A DNA stretch of 64,000 nt from Bdellovibrionales bacterium (GTDB lineage: Bacteria; Bdellovibrionota; Bdellovibrionia; Bdellovibrionales; UBA1609). The notes below the pieces were generated by a model. That model saw only the letters and a program-made list of their open reading frames with translations, did no database searches and had not been told where the DNA came from. Made by a program: the position numbers and the translations under genes. The stretch covers positions 608,001 to 672,000 of the forward strand of contig OZ241877.1 in the NCBI GenBank assembly GCA_965203095.1. Direction: 5' to 3'. Below, piece by piece: positions 9,655 to 19,850 of this stretch. Each line of letters opens with the position of its first letter. Position 1 is the stretch's first letter.

Positions 9655-9869
9655 AGACCTGGCAGGAACAATGGGAATCCACCCGACAAAACCCATAGCC
9701 ATAGAGCAAAACCCTACAAAAAGGTCTCTACTCTCTTAAGTTTTGCAAGCTATAGCAAGCAAAAATAGATTTTTCAATAATTTTGAAAAAAATTCCTTCT
9801 TTTTCTTGATTCTTACCTTTATATTTGTTAAGAGCTTTTAGGGAAGAGGGCTAAAACCCTCTTTTTCTA

Positions 9870-10451
9870 ATGTTTTCTAATGAATGGAGGGATGTTTTGA
9901 CAGAATTTTTAAAAATTAAAGAAATCACCAGTCAAGCTGTCCGGCAAAATGACTGCCGAGTTTATGATATTTATAAGCACAGGGATCGTTTGCAGGTGTT
10001 TATTGATAAACAATCAAAAGAGCATGTTGTGAATCTAAAAGACTGTGAAAATGTTTTCCATAGTCTGCGATTCCTCCTTCGCTCAGCTTTGCCTCATATT
10101 TTAGAAAAGCGGTATTTAGAGGTATCCACCCCAGGGATAGAAAAGCCACTGAGAGAAAAATGGCATTTTGAAGAATCCATTGGCGAGCGGATTCAACTCA
10201 GCACAAATTCCCCCATTACGGCTCAAAACCGGAAAACGGGGGTAAGATTTCGCTCTCAGTCTTTTAAGGCTCAATTAATTTCTGTATCCCAGCAAAAACT
10301 CAATTTACAGAACCCCTTTATGGAATGTGAAGTGCCTTTTTCCGAAATAAAATCCGCCCGATTGCTTTTCCCTTTTAAAAACTCAGCCTCTTTTTCCACA
10401 AAAAAAAGAGGAATACAAAACAAAAAACGAGGAGGTTCTCATGTCTCTTGA
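9870..10451 (+). CDS. rimP: Ribosome maturation factor RimP
   Basis: Motifs LQVFIDK, DCE and LEVSTPGIEKPL..WHF; lies directly upstream of nusA. Confidence 0.85.
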   Translation: MFSNEWRDVLTEFLKIKEITSQAVRQNDCRVYDIYKHRDRLQVFIDKQSKEHVVNLKDCENVFHSLRFLLRSALPHILEKRYLEVSTPGIEKPLREKWHFEESIGERIQLSTNSPITAQNRKTGVRFRSQSFKAQLISVSQQKLNLQNPFMECEVPFSEIKSARLLFPFKNSASFSTKKRGIQNKKRGGSHVS

Positions 10452-12195
10452 TTTTTTATCCAACTTGGGCCGTGTCATTCAGCAGGTCAGTAAGGACAAA
10501 GGCGTCAGCCAGGAGGTGGTAATTAACTCTGTGGTTCAGGGAGTTTTATCCGCCGTGAGGAAAAAGTATGGAACTTACCGGGACATTGAAGTCAAATACA
10601 ACGAACAAACAGGCGAGTTAGAGCTTTTCGAGTTTAAAAAAGTAGTTCCCGATGAAGAGTTTGAAGATGAGATGATAGAGATCAAATACAGCACTGCCAA
10701 AGATTTAGATCCCTCAGCCCATTTAGGAGATCAAATTGGTGCCCGTTTGGATCTCAAAGACTTAGGTAGAATTGACGCTCAAGCCGCTAAGCAAATTATC
10801 ATTCAAAATTTAAGAAGTATTGAGCATGAGATCATTTTTAACGAGTTTGAAAAACGAAAAGGAGAGATAGCCAGTGGTGTAGTTCGCCGAGCTGATCCCG
10901 GTATGATTGTTGTGGATCTGGAAAAAACAGAAGCTTATATCCCCAGAAAAGAGCAGATCCCCGGAGAGCAATACAAATCCGGAGATCGCATTCAAGGCTA
11001 TCTTTTAGAAGTGCGACAAACCACAAGAGGCCCTCAAATTATTATGTCCCGATCACATGAGCAGTATTTGATTAAACTTTTTGAAGCAGAGGTGCCGGAA
11101 GTGAGTGAAGGAATTGTGAAAATTGTCTCCGCCGCCAGAGAACCGGGGCAAAGGGCAAAGATGTCTGTCTATAGCACAGATCCTGCTGTGCATCCTGTGG
11201 GATCTTGTGTAGGAGTTAAGGGAAGTCGTGTTCAAAATATTACTCAGGAGCTTAAAGGGGAAAGGGTGGATGTGATTATATGGGAGGAGGATACCGTTCA
11301 GTATATTTGCAATGCCTTAGCTCCAGCTAAAATTTTAAAAATTTTAATGGATGAAGATCAAAAACAAATGCAGATCATTGTTCCTGATGATCAGTTGTCT
11401 TTAGCTATTGGAAAAAAGGGGCAAAATGTCCGTTTGGCCTCTAAGTTGACGGGATGGAGTTTAAATTTAATCTCAGAAGAGGAATCCAAACAGGCGAAAA
11501 AAGAGGCTTTGTTCAATTTGTCTTTACTGCCAGAGCTGTCTGAAACAAAAGCACAAATCTTATTTCAATACGGTTATTCTAATTTGAAACAGCTGTCCGA
11601 GGCCAGCCCCTCTGAGTTTAAATCCATTCCAGAATTTGAGAATGAGAGCAAAGCCAAAGAGCTTATTCAATCAGCTAAAAACCTACTTAAAAAATACGCT
11701 AAAGAAGGGAAAGAATTACCTAAGCTGGAAGACTCTCAAAAGGATAAAAAGCCTTTGTCCTCCCATCTCAAAGAGCAAGCAGAAGAGATTTTAAAAAGGG
11801 AATTGGCCCAGTTAGAGGGGGAAAAAGCCAATAAAACAGAGGAAGAGGCAAAAACAAATCCTGTGGGAGAGAAGGAAAGCCATAAACCAAAAGATCCATC
11901 GGTTTTAGCAAAGGAGGCGGAAAGCTCTCAAAAAGAATTAAAAGAAGATAAACCCACTGCTGAAAAAACAGAAGAACTATCAGAAAAAAAGACAAAAGAA
12001 GCTTTAGAAAAAAACAAAGTGAAAGAGCAAAAAGAAGATAAACCCACCGCTGAAAAAACAGAAAAACCATCAGAAAAAAAGACAAAGAAGACTTTAGAAA
12101 ACAAAACGGAAGAGAAAAAACCAGAGGATAGCACTAAAGAATCTACAACAACTAAAGATAAAAAGCTGTCCTCAAATAAAAAAAATGAGGGATAA
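10441..12195 (+). CDS. nusA: Transcription factor NusA with long K/E-rich C-terminal tail
   Basis: S1/KH motifs AAREPGQRAK, GSCVGVKGSRV and LSLAIGKKGQNVRLASKLTGW. Confidence 0.95.
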   Translation: MSLDFLSNLGRVIQQVSKDKGVSQEVVINSVVQGVLSAVRKKYGTYRDIEVKYNEQTGELELFEFKKVVPDEEFEDEMIEIKYSTAKDLDPSAHLGDQIGARLDLKDLGRIDAQAAKQIIIQNLRSIEHEIIFNEFEKRKGEIASGVVRRADPGMIVVDLEKTEAYIPRKEQIPGEQYKSGDRIQGYLLEVRQTTRGPQIIMSRSHEQYLIKLFEAEVPEVSEGIVKIVSAAREPGQRAKMSVYSTDPAVHPVGSCVGVKGSRVQNITQELKGERVDVIIWEEDTVQYICNALAPAKILKILMDEDQKQMQIIVPDDQLSLAIGKKGQNVRLASKLTGWSLNLISEEESKQAKKEALFNLSLLPELSETKAQILFQYGYSNLKQLSEASPSEFKSIPEFENESKAKELIQSAKNLLKKYAKEGKELPKLEDSQKDKKPLSSHLKEQAEEILKRELAQLEGEKANKTEEEAKTNPVGEKESHKPKDPSVLAKEAESSQKELKEDKPTAEKTEELSEKKTKEALEKNKVKEQKEDKPTAEKTEKPSEKKTKKTLENKTEEKKPEDSTKESTTTKDKKLSSNKKNEG

Positions 12196-14695
12196 AAAAT
12201 TTATGAAAGTTTATGAGTTGGCTAAAAAATTAGAAGTCAAAAGTGTTTTTTTAATGGACAAGATCCGGAAAGAGTGGAAGCTCCCTGTGAGAACTCACAT
12301 GGAATCTCTCACTCCGGAAATGGCTAAAAAAATTGAGAAAAAGTTTTACGCCACTCAAAGGTTAAAGAATCCTCCTCTTAAAAAAACTAAAAAGCCAGTC
12401 AAGAAACTGGTCAAAAAAACCCGCGTTGCTAAAAAAAAGCCATCATCCTCCACCACTAAAAAGTCAACTATTAAAAAGCAAAGCTCTGCACCATTGGAAA
12501 GCCCTCCACCAATAGAGGAAAAAACAAAACAGCAGGAAAAACCTTCGCCTCAAAAAAAAATTATAATCCGCCGTAAGGCGAAAGAGACTCAGCCTGTAAA
12601 GCGTCGTCCAACCGCTAAATCAAGCTCTCCAAAAGTTTCAAAACCAAAACAAAAACTTACTCCAGGTGCTCTTGCCAGTTCTAAAAGTATTCGTATGGAT
12701 CTGGTTTCTGTTAAAAGTAGAGATCCTTTGGACGAAAGTTTTTGGGATAAAACGGAAGAAGAGGAAAAGCCAGTTCAAAAACAACCTAAAAAACCTCTGG
12801 CAGAAAAAGATCTTTCGTCCAAATTCCACGCGACAGACTTCAGAAAAAGGGAAGTGATTTTTCAACCCAGGAAAAAACGAATGGCCCTTACTGGAGACTT
12901 CAAAAGCACTATCATCACTACCCCTAAATCCCATAAAAGAGTCATAAAAGTTTATGGGGAAATGAGTATAGAGAACCTTTGTAAAAAAATGGGAATAAAA
13001 AGGAGATCTCTTATTAAAAAACTCAAAGAGGAGGGGGTAGATTTTAAAGAGCTTTCTGTTTTGGATTTTGATACCATTGCCCTTATTGTTCCCTCTTTTG
13101 GCTTTGAGGCCAAAAACACAAAAACAACAGAAGAGGAAATTTTAAAGCGGATGGAAAGCCCCACAACTCATAAAGAGCTACAGCTTAAACCCCCAGTGGT
13201 GACTGTTATGGGCCATGTCGATCACGGGAAAACCACTCTGTTAGATAAAATTAGGAAAACCAAAGTGGCTGAAGGAGAAAGTGGAGGTATTACCCAGCAT
13301 ATTGGAGCTTACAGTGTTTCTTGGGAAGGAAAGCCCATCACTTTTATAGATACCCCTGGCCATGAGGCTTTTACGGCTATCCGTTCCCGCGGTGTTCAGG
13401 TGACAGATATTGTGGTTCTTCTTGTTTCCGCAGTGGATGGGGTCCAACCACAAACTTTAGAGGCTTTAAATCATGCACAAGCTGGAAAAAGCCCTGTCAT
13501 TATCGCCATCAGTAAAATGGATGCCCCAGGGGCTAATCCTGACAAAATCAAAAAACAGCTGGCCGATCGAGGGCTTACTCCTGAAGACTGGGGAGGGGAC
13601 ACCAGTTTTATCCCTATATCCTCTATTAAAGGTGAGGGGATTAAAGAGTTGTTGGAGCAAATTCAAATTTTAGCGGAACTACAGGAGTTAAAATACCAAA
13701 GTTCAGCTCCGGGCAGTGGTGTGGTTTTAGAGGCAAGAAAAGACAAAGGCTCAGGTGCTGTAGTCAGCCTTTTGTTAAAAGATGGAACTCTTAAAACAGG
13801 GCAACACATTGTGGCTGGAGAACAATTAGGAAAGGTCCGCCAGATGAAAGACGATCAGGGAAAAGTGATCTCCACTGTAAGAGCTGGTTTTCCGGTGGAG
13901 GTGATGGGTTTTTCTGATCTCCCTCAAGCCGGTGATAGCTTTTGTGTTGTGACGGACAGTAAAACAGCTAAAAATATTTTGCTTTTAAGAAGAGACAAAG
14001 GCCAGGCGGAACAAGTCGCCCCAGCCCCACTTTCCCCAGAGGAATTATTATTAAAAATGCAAAGTCTTGATGAGGAAAGGCGAGACCTAAATCTTATCGT
14101 TAAAGCCGATAGGGAAGGCAGTTTAGAAGCTCTAAAAAACAGTTTGGAAAAACTTCCCTCAAAAGAAGTTTCAGCAAAAGTCATTCACTCCGGGACAGGA
14201 GCTATTACGGAAAGCGATGTCCTTTTGGCCTTTACAGTTTCCGGTATTGTTTTGGGTTTTAATGTTCGCCCTGATGGGAAAACGGCACGCGTGGCTAAGG
14301 AGAAATCTGTTGATATTCACACAGGTTCTGTAATTTATAAACTCTTAGATCAGGTCCGAACACTTATGTTGGGCCTTTTAAAAGATGAATTTGTGGAAGA
14401 GGACCAAGGCTCAGCTGAGGTGCGAGAGATCTTTCATATTTCCAAAGCGGGAACAGTGGCGGGCTGTTATGTGACTGAGGGGCAAATACTCCGATCTTCT
14501 TTAATCCGATTGGTTCGTGATGGGCGGGTAATGTATGACGGGGCTTTATCCAGCCTCAAACGGTTTAAAGATGATGTTCAAAAAGTGGGAGAGGGTTTAG
14601 AGTGTGGTATGACTTTAAAAAATTTTAATGACATAAAACCAAAGGATATTTTATCCGCCTACACGAAAAAGAAAAAAATTAGAACAGAGCTTTAA
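12185..14695 (+). CDS. infB: Translation initiation factor IF-2
   Basis: Motifs GHVDHGKT, GGITQHIGAY, DTPGHEAF and SLKRFKDDV..V..G.ECG. Confidence 0.97.
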   Translation: MRDKKFMKVYELAKKLEVKSVFLMDKIRKEWKLPVRTHMESLTPEMAKKIEKKFYATQRLKNPPLKKTKKPVKKLVKKTRVAKKKPSSSTTKKSTIKKQSSAPLESPPPIEEKTKQQEKPSPQKKIIIRRKAKETQPVKRRPTAKSSSPKVSKPKQKLTPGALASSKSIRMDLVSVKSRDPLDESFWDKTEEEEKPVQKQPKKPLAEKDLSSKFHATDFRKREVIFQPRKKRMALTGDFKSTIITTPKSHKRVIKVYGEMSIENLCKKMGIKRRSLIKKLKEEGVDFKELSVLDFDTIALIVPSFGFEAKNTKTTEEEILKRMESPTTHKELQLKPPVVTVMGHVDHGKTTLLDKIRKTKVAEGESGGITQHIGAYSVSWEGKPITFIDTPGHEAFTAIRSRGVQVTDIVVLLVSAVDGVQPQTLEALNHAQAGKSPVIIAISKMDAPGANPDKIKKQLADRGLTPEDWGGDTSFIPISSIKGEGIKELLEQIQILAELQELKYQSSAPGSGVVLEARKDKGSGAVVSLLLKDGTLKTGQHIVAGEQLGKVRQMKDDQGKVISTVRAGFPVEVMGFSDLPQAGDSFCVVTDSKTAKNILLLRRDKGQAEQVAPAPLSPEELLLKMQSLDEERRDLNLIVKADREGSLEALKNSLEKLPSKEVSAKVIHSGTGAITESDVLLAFTVSGIVLGFNVRPDGKTARVAKEKSVDIHTGSVIYKLLDQVRTLMLGLLKDEFVEEDQGSAEVREIFHISKAGTVAGCYVTEGQILRSSLIRLVRDGRVMYDGALSSLKRFKDDVQKVGEGLECGMTLKNFNDIKPKDILSAYTKKKKIRTEL

Positions 14696-14719
14696 CTTTT
14701 ATTCTTAAGAGGAAGTATT

Positions 14720-15001
14720 ATGGATCCATCTGTTTTAAAGCTGAGCGAACAGGAGTTAAAAGCTCTTATCGAAAAAGGGGAAAGTGAAAATGTAGAATTT
14801 TGCGAATCCCCGAAAGACAAAGATAAAATTGCTAAAGCGATATGTGCCTTCTCCAATAATATCGCTGATTTAGGCTTTGTGGAACGGTTTGGCTTTGGCT
14901 TGCCTCAAGCCCGAAAAGCCCTTAAGGAAAATGGAAATCCAGAATTGGAGTTAAAAGCAGAACTTTCTTTTATTTGTGCTTTTGTGAAAAAAGCCTCTTA
15001 A
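14720..15001 (+). pseudogene. Internally deleted Schlafen/AlbA_2 + RecG-C-like (HATPase_c_4) gene remnant
   Basis: LIEKGESENVEF..KIAKAICAFSN (AlbA_2 start) joins directly to LGFVERFGFGL..ARKALKENGNP (typical C-terminus of that family). Confidence 0.65.
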
Positions 15002-15023
15002 ATACTCATGGATTTTAATTGGT

Positions 15024-15992
15024 ATGTCTCAAAAGGTTTTTAGTGGTGTTTTGCTTATCAATAAGGATAAGGATGGCACCAGCCATCAGATTGTAGATGA
15101 AGTCCGAAAAATCCTTAAGCAAAGAGCTGTGGGTCATGCCGGCACTTTAGACCCTACGGCCAGAGGGCTGATGGTGATTTTATGTGGTATGGCTACAAAG
15201 CTGAGCCATTATTTCTTGAATGCTGACAAAAGATATAAATTGAGCTTAAAGTTTGGCTTGGAGACTAACACTTTTGATCTCCAGGGAAAGGTTTTAAAAT
15301 CAAAGGAAGTTTCTTTAAAAAAAGAAGAAATAGAAAATCTTTTAAAAAAAGAAAGTAGAGAGTTGGAGATCCCTGTTCCTGTGTTTTCTGCTGTAAAAAT
15401 TAAGGGGAAAAAGCTCTATTCTTATGCCTTTGCTGGGCGAGAAAAGGAAGTGGATCTACCTGTAAAAAAAATGTCTTTTTGGGATTTAGATATTCATTCC
15501 ATTCAAAAAGATAGTGCGAGCTTGAGTATTTCTGGATCTAAAGGCTCTTACATTCGCTCTTGGGTCCATTATTTAGGGCAAAAAATGAAAACAGGAGCCT
15601 GTTTAATACAGTTGGAGAGGCTTTCTTCCGGAAATTTTAATGTTCAGGATAGTTTGACTACAGAGGAGTTAAAAAACAAATTATCTAAAAATTTTCCTGA
15701 AGAGGAAGAAGGGTTAAAATCCCTTTTAGGGGATAGTTTTTTGTTCCCTGGTTCCGCTTTAAGCCAGTTCCCGGAAATAGAACTCAACGGCAAAAACGCC
15801 AAACTCCTCCAACAAGGGAAATTGCCTTTGTATGTTTTGTCCGCCAGCCAAAAAGATCAAATTAAGGTCAATAAAAAGGGCCAATCTCAAATTTTAAAAG
15901 CAGTTAAGGGGGGAAAACTAGTGGCTCTTTTAGAAATGCAACCTTTTAAAAAAATAAAAATTTTAAAAAATTTTCCTCAGCAAAAATTTTGA
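15024..15992 (+). CDS. truB: tRNA pseudouridine(55) synthase TruB
   Basis: Motifs VGHAGTLDP, PVFSAVKIKGKKLY and SKGSYIRS. Confidence 0.95.
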   Translation: MSQKVFSGVLLINKDKDGTSHQIVDEVRKILKQRAVGHAGTLDPTARGLMVILCGMATKLSHYFLNADKRYKLSLKFGLETNTFDLQGKVLKSKEVSLKKEEIENLLKKESRELEIPVPVFSAVKIKGKKLYSYAFAGREKEVDLPVKKMSFWDLDIHSIQKDSASLSISGSKGSYIRSWVHYLGQKMKTGACLIQLERLSSGNFNVQDSLTTEELKNKLSKNFPEEEEGLKSLLGDSFLFPGSALSQFPEIELNGKNAKLLQQGKLPLYVLSASQKDQIKVNKKGQSQILKAVKGGKLVALLEMQPFKKIKILKNFPQQKF

Positions 15993-16007
15993 AAAAGGAT
16001 CAATCCC

Positions 16008-17603
16008 TCACTCCCCAAAAAGGAAATGATCCCAACCCTGCCAATCCTCTGGATAGGCTTTGGAGGGATCGGGAGGAAGCCCCTCTCCCTCTTCTTTTGA
16101 TTGTGACAAGCTAAAATAATCTTCCGGGCTGAGCACATTTAAAAACTGAACATAAACTTGAGCGGATTTAAAATCCATCCATTGGATCCCTAAAAAATTT
16201 TCTACATTTATCCATTGATCCTCATAAGCAATATGAGGCTGTCGGGGGAAGTTTTTTGGCCTTTGATCGGTTTTAAGCCATTGATAAAACTCTTCAGCTG
16301 TCATGTTTTTCTTTCGGATATAGGCACGAGCTTTTTTGTATGGCATTATGGGCTGTTTTTGGCCTAAAAAGGATCTCCAACCTTTCCAATAATAGGAATA
16401 AACTTCCCGCGGGTGAAAAGGGATATCTTCTGGCCGATCTCCTGACACACTCCACCTTTCATATTCCTTTTGAGTCCTTATTCCTAAAGACTGGACATGA
16501 TCTTGGGCCTCTCGGTAAGGCCTCCACTTTTTTCTGCGTTTATTTCCTGTGCCAAGGAAGATCTTCCAGCCCTCCCACTCTTCTTTGTAGATTTTTTGAG
16601 GGTCAGAAGGGATATCCTGTGGCCTCTCTCCGGATTTGCTCCATTCATTATATTCCTTTTGAGTCCTTATTCCCATGGATTGGACATGATCTTGAGCCTC
16701 TCGGTAAGGCCTCCACTTTTTTCTACGTTTATTTCCTGTGCCGAGGAAACTTCCCCAGCCTTCCCATTCTTCTTTGTAAACACTTTCGGGGCTTGAGGGG
16801 ATGTCCTTCGGCCTCTCTCCGGACTGGATCCAAACTCTAAATTCTCTCCTGTTTTTTAGGCCAAGGGATCGGATATACGCTTTAGCCTTTTGATAAGCTC
16901 TCCACTTTTTTTTGTGTTGGTTTGCCGTTCCAAGGAAGATCCCCCAACCTCCCCACTCTTCCTTGTAGATTTTTTGAGGGTCAGAAGGGATATCTTTTGG
17001 TCGATCTCCGGATTTGCTCCACTCATTATATTTCCGTTTAGTTTTTATACCGAGGGATTGGACATGGGCCTGAACTTCTGAATAAGATCTCCACTTTTTT
17101 TCTTCCCTCCTTGGGCCTAAAAAAACCTCCCAGCCCTCCCATTCCTCTCTATAACTCACTTGAGGGCGACTGGGGATATCTTCCAGCCCACTAGATCTTC
17201 TCCATTTTCGATAGCTATCCTCATTTTTTATTCCATGGGCTTGAACTAAAGATTGGACTTCCCTATACGGCCTCCACTGTCTTTTCTTTACCCCTAAAAG
17301 AAAAACTGTCCATCCTTCCCACTCTTTTTTATAAACTCTATTGGGGTTAGAGGGGATGTCTTGGGGTCGATCTCCGGATTTGCTCCACTCATTATATTGC
17401 TTTTGAGTTCTTATTCCCAAAGACTGAACATGGTTTTGAGCTTTTTTGTAGCTGATCCATTTGGAGCTATGGGAAAAACTTTGCCGGCACCCTTCATCCG
17501 CTGGAGCAGGTAAAAAAACCAATAGGCAAAGGCACAGCACAATCCCTCGAATAAGTTTGAAATGATCAGATAAAAAGATTTTAAAAAATAATTGTAATCT
17601 CAT
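16008..17603 (-). CDS. Secreted integrase-repeat-like (INT_rpt-type) tandem repeat protein, ~8 units
   Basis: Hydrophobic leader ending LPAPA-DEGCRQSF; unit W..Y.EA..HVQSLGI.T..EY..WSKSG.RP.DIPS.P...YKEEWEGW..FLG. Confidence 0.8.
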   Translation of the reverse strand: MRLQLFFKIFLSDHFKLIRGIVLCLCLLVFLPAPADEGCRQSFSHSSKWISYKKAQNHVQSLGIRTQKQYNEWSKSGDRPQDIPSNPNRVYKKEWEGWTVFLLGVKKRQWRPYREVQSLVQAHGIKNEDSYRKWRRSSGLEDIPSRPQVSYREEWEGWEVFLGPRREEKKWRSYSEVQAHVQSLGIKTKRKYNEWSKSGDRPKDIPSDPQKIYKEEWGGWGIFLGTANQHKKKWRAYQKAKAYIRSLGLKNRREFRVWIQSGERPKDIPSSPESVYKEEWEGWGSFLGTGNKRRKKWRPYREAQDHVQSMGIRTQKEYNEWSKSGERPQDIPSDPQKIYKEEWEGWKIFLGTGNKRRKKWRPYREAQDHVQSLGIRTQKEYERWSVSGDRPEDIPFHPREVYSYYWKGWRSFLGQKQPIMPYKKARAYIRKKNMTAEEFYQWLKTDQRPKNFPRQPHIAYEDQWINVENFLGIQWMDFKSAQVYVQFLNVLSPEDYFSLSQSKEEGEGLPPDPSKAYPEDWQGWDHFLFGE

Positions 17604-17621
17604 GTTTTTATTTTCTTATCC

Positions 17622-19721
17622 TTATTTCCCGAAAAGGAAATGATCCCAACCCCGCCAATCCTTTTGATAGGCTTTAGAAGGATCGGGTGGAAGCCCCTCT
17701 CCCTCCTCTTTTGATTGTGACAAGCTAAAATAATCTTCCGGACTGAGCACATTTAAAAACTGAACATAAACTTGAGCGGATTTAAAATCCATCCATTGGA
17801 TTCCTAAAAAATTTTCTACATTTATCCATTGATCCTCATAAGCAATATGAGGCTGTCGGGGGAAGTTTTTTGGCCTTTGATCGGATTTAAGCCATTGATA
17901 AAACTCTTCAGCTGTCATGTTTTTCTTTCGGATATAGGCACGAGCCATTTTGTATGGCATTATGGGCTGTTTTTGGCCTAAAAAGGATCTCCAACCTTTC
18001 CAATAATAAGAATACACTCGATATGGGCTGGATGGGATGTCCTCTGGTCGATCTCCGGACTTGCTCCATTGCTCATACTCATGTTTAGTTTTTATACCGA
18101 GGGACTGAATGTATGCTTTGGCTTTTAAATAAGATCTCCACTTTTTTTTGAGTTGATTCCCTGTGCCAAGGAAAATACCCCAACCTTCCCATTCTTCTCT
18201 GTAGATTTTTCGAAGGTTAAAAGGAATGTCCTTTGGTCGCTTTCCGGATTGATTCCATTTTTCATACTCCTTTTTGGTTTTTATTCCCTGGGATTGAATA
18301 TAAATTTTAACTTCTTGATAGGGTCTCCATTCTGTTTTTGTCCCAAGAAAAGAGGGCCAGCCCTCCCACTCTTTGTATGTTTTGTCCGGCCGAAAAGGGA
18401 TGTCTTCTGGTCGATCTCCGGATTTGCTCCACTCTTTATATTCCCGTTCAGTTTTTATTCCCAGGGACTGGACATGATCTTGAGCTGATTGATAAGACCT
18501 CCATTCTTTTTTGCGTTGGTTCCCTGTTCCGAGAAAGATCCCCCAACCTTCCCACTCATTATAGATTTCATGAGGGGCTGAGGGAATATCCTCTGGCCTT
18601 TGTCCGGATGTGCTCCACTCCTTATATTCCCGTTTGCTTTTTATACCGAGGGATTGGACATGAGCTTTAGCTTTTAAATAAGACCTCCACTTTTTTTTGT
18701 GTTTGTTCCCTGTGCCAAGAAAAATCCTCCAGCCTTCCCATTCTTCTCTGTAGACCCTGTCAGGGTCAGAAGGGATATCTTTTGGTCGATCTCCGGATTT
18801 GCTCCATTCATTATATTCCCGTTCGGTTTTTATGCCGAGGGATTGGACATGAACCTGAGCCTTTGCGTAAGGTCTCCACCTATTTTGTTTGTTCCCTGTG
18901 CCAAGGAAAATGCCCCAGCCTTCCCATTCTTCTTTATAAACACTTTCGGGGCTTGAGGGAATGTCTTCTGGTCGATCTCCGGATTTGCTCCACTCCTTAT
19001 ATTTCCGTTTGCTTTTTATACCGAGGGATTGGACATGAACCTGAGCCTTTGCGTAAGGCCTCCACCTATTTTGTTTGTTCCATGTGCCAAGAAAAATCCT
19101 CCAGCCTTCCCATTCTTCTTTATAAACACTTTCGGGGCTTGAGGGAATGTCTTCTGGTCGATCTCCGGATTTGCTCCACTCCTTATATTCCCGTTTGCTT
19201 TTTATACCGAGGGATTGGATGTATGCTTTAGCCTCTTGATAAGGCATCCATTCTTTTTTTGTCCCAAGAAAAGAGGGCCAACTCTCCCATTCTTCTCTAT
19301 AGACCCTGTCAGGGTCAGAAGGGATATCTTTTGGTCGATCTCCGGATTTGCTCCATTCCTCATATTCCTCTTTAGTTTTTATACCAAGGGATCGGACATG
19401 AGCTTGAACCTCTAAATAAGATTTCCAGTTTGTTCCAAAAAAACGGGGCCAGCCCTTCCACTCTTCTTTGTAGACCCCTTTGGGGTTAGAGGGGATATCC
19501 TTTGGTCGATCTCCGGATTTGCTCCATTCTCTATATTCCTCTTGAGTCCTTATCTTTAAGGATCGGATATAAGCCTGAGCCTCTGCATAAGGCATCCACC
19601 TGTTTTGTTTGGAGAAGCTTTGCCGGCACCCTTCATCCGCTGGAGCAGGTAAAAAAACCAACAGCCCTCCCCCACATACAAGAAGGCAGAAAATCTTTAA
19701 AAATACAATTTTTGATCTCAT
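17622..19721 (-). CDS. Paralogous secreted integrase-repeat-like protein, ~11 units
   Basis: Same leader motif and near-identical C-terminal ~130 aa as 16008-17603. Start reassigned to ATG 19721 (MRSKIVF) because the longer ORF begins inside a MITE-like repeat. Confidence 0.8.
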   Translation of the reverse strand: MRSKIVFLKIFCLLVCGGGLLVFLPAPADEGCRQSFSKQNRWMPYAEAQAYIRSLKIRTQEEYREWSKSGDRPKDIPSNPKGVYKEEWKGWPRFFGTNWKSYLEVQAHVRSLGIKTKEEYEEWSKSGDRPKDIPSDPDRVYREEWESWPSFLGTKKEWMPYQEAKAYIQSLGIKSKREYKEWSKSGDRPEDIPSSPESVYKEEWEGWRIFLGTWNKQNRWRPYAKAQVHVQSLGIKSKRKYKEWSKSGDRPEDIPSSPESVYKEEWEGWGIFLGTGNKQNRWRPYAKAQVHVQSLGIKTEREYNEWSKSGDRPKDIPSDPDRVYREEWEGWRIFLGTGNKHKKKWRSYLKAKAHVQSLGIKSKREYKEWSTSGQRPEDIPSAPHEIYNEWEGWGIFLGTGNQRKKEWRSYQSAQDHVQSLGIKTEREYKEWSKSGDRPEDIPFRPDKTYKEWEGWPSFLGTKTEWRPYQEVKIYIQSQGIKTKKEYEKWNQSGKRPKDIPFNLRKIYREEWEGWGIFLGTGNQLKKKWRSYLKAKAYIQSLGIKTKHEYEQWSKSGDRPEDIPSSPYRVYSYYWKGWRSFLGQKQPIMPYKMARAYIRKKNMTAEEFYQWLKSDQRPKNFPRQPHIAYEDQWINVENFLGIQWMDFKSAQVYVQFLNVLSPEDYFSLSQSKEEGEGLPPDPSKAYQKDWRGWDHFLFGK

Positions 19722-19850
19722 ATTTTTTAGTTGGTTTAAGATTATGTGTTTTTTTGTTAAAATCAAAATAATGAGTTTAAAATGAAAATATTTCCCTTCA
19801 GAAATGGGTTTTTTCCACCACTTCTTTAAAGGCATGGGTATATTACTAAT

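Noticed and set aside
9586..9768. 60-aa ORF containing LDSHFHGND, and the MDSRFHGND start at 48826
   Set aside because: These are translations of the dRS3-like palindrome.
7580..19721. CRISPR array or DGR suggested by periodic DNA repeats
   Set aside because: The repeats are in-frame coding units of ~170-200 bp without unique spacers; no cas or RT genes and no adenine-specific template/variable pair.
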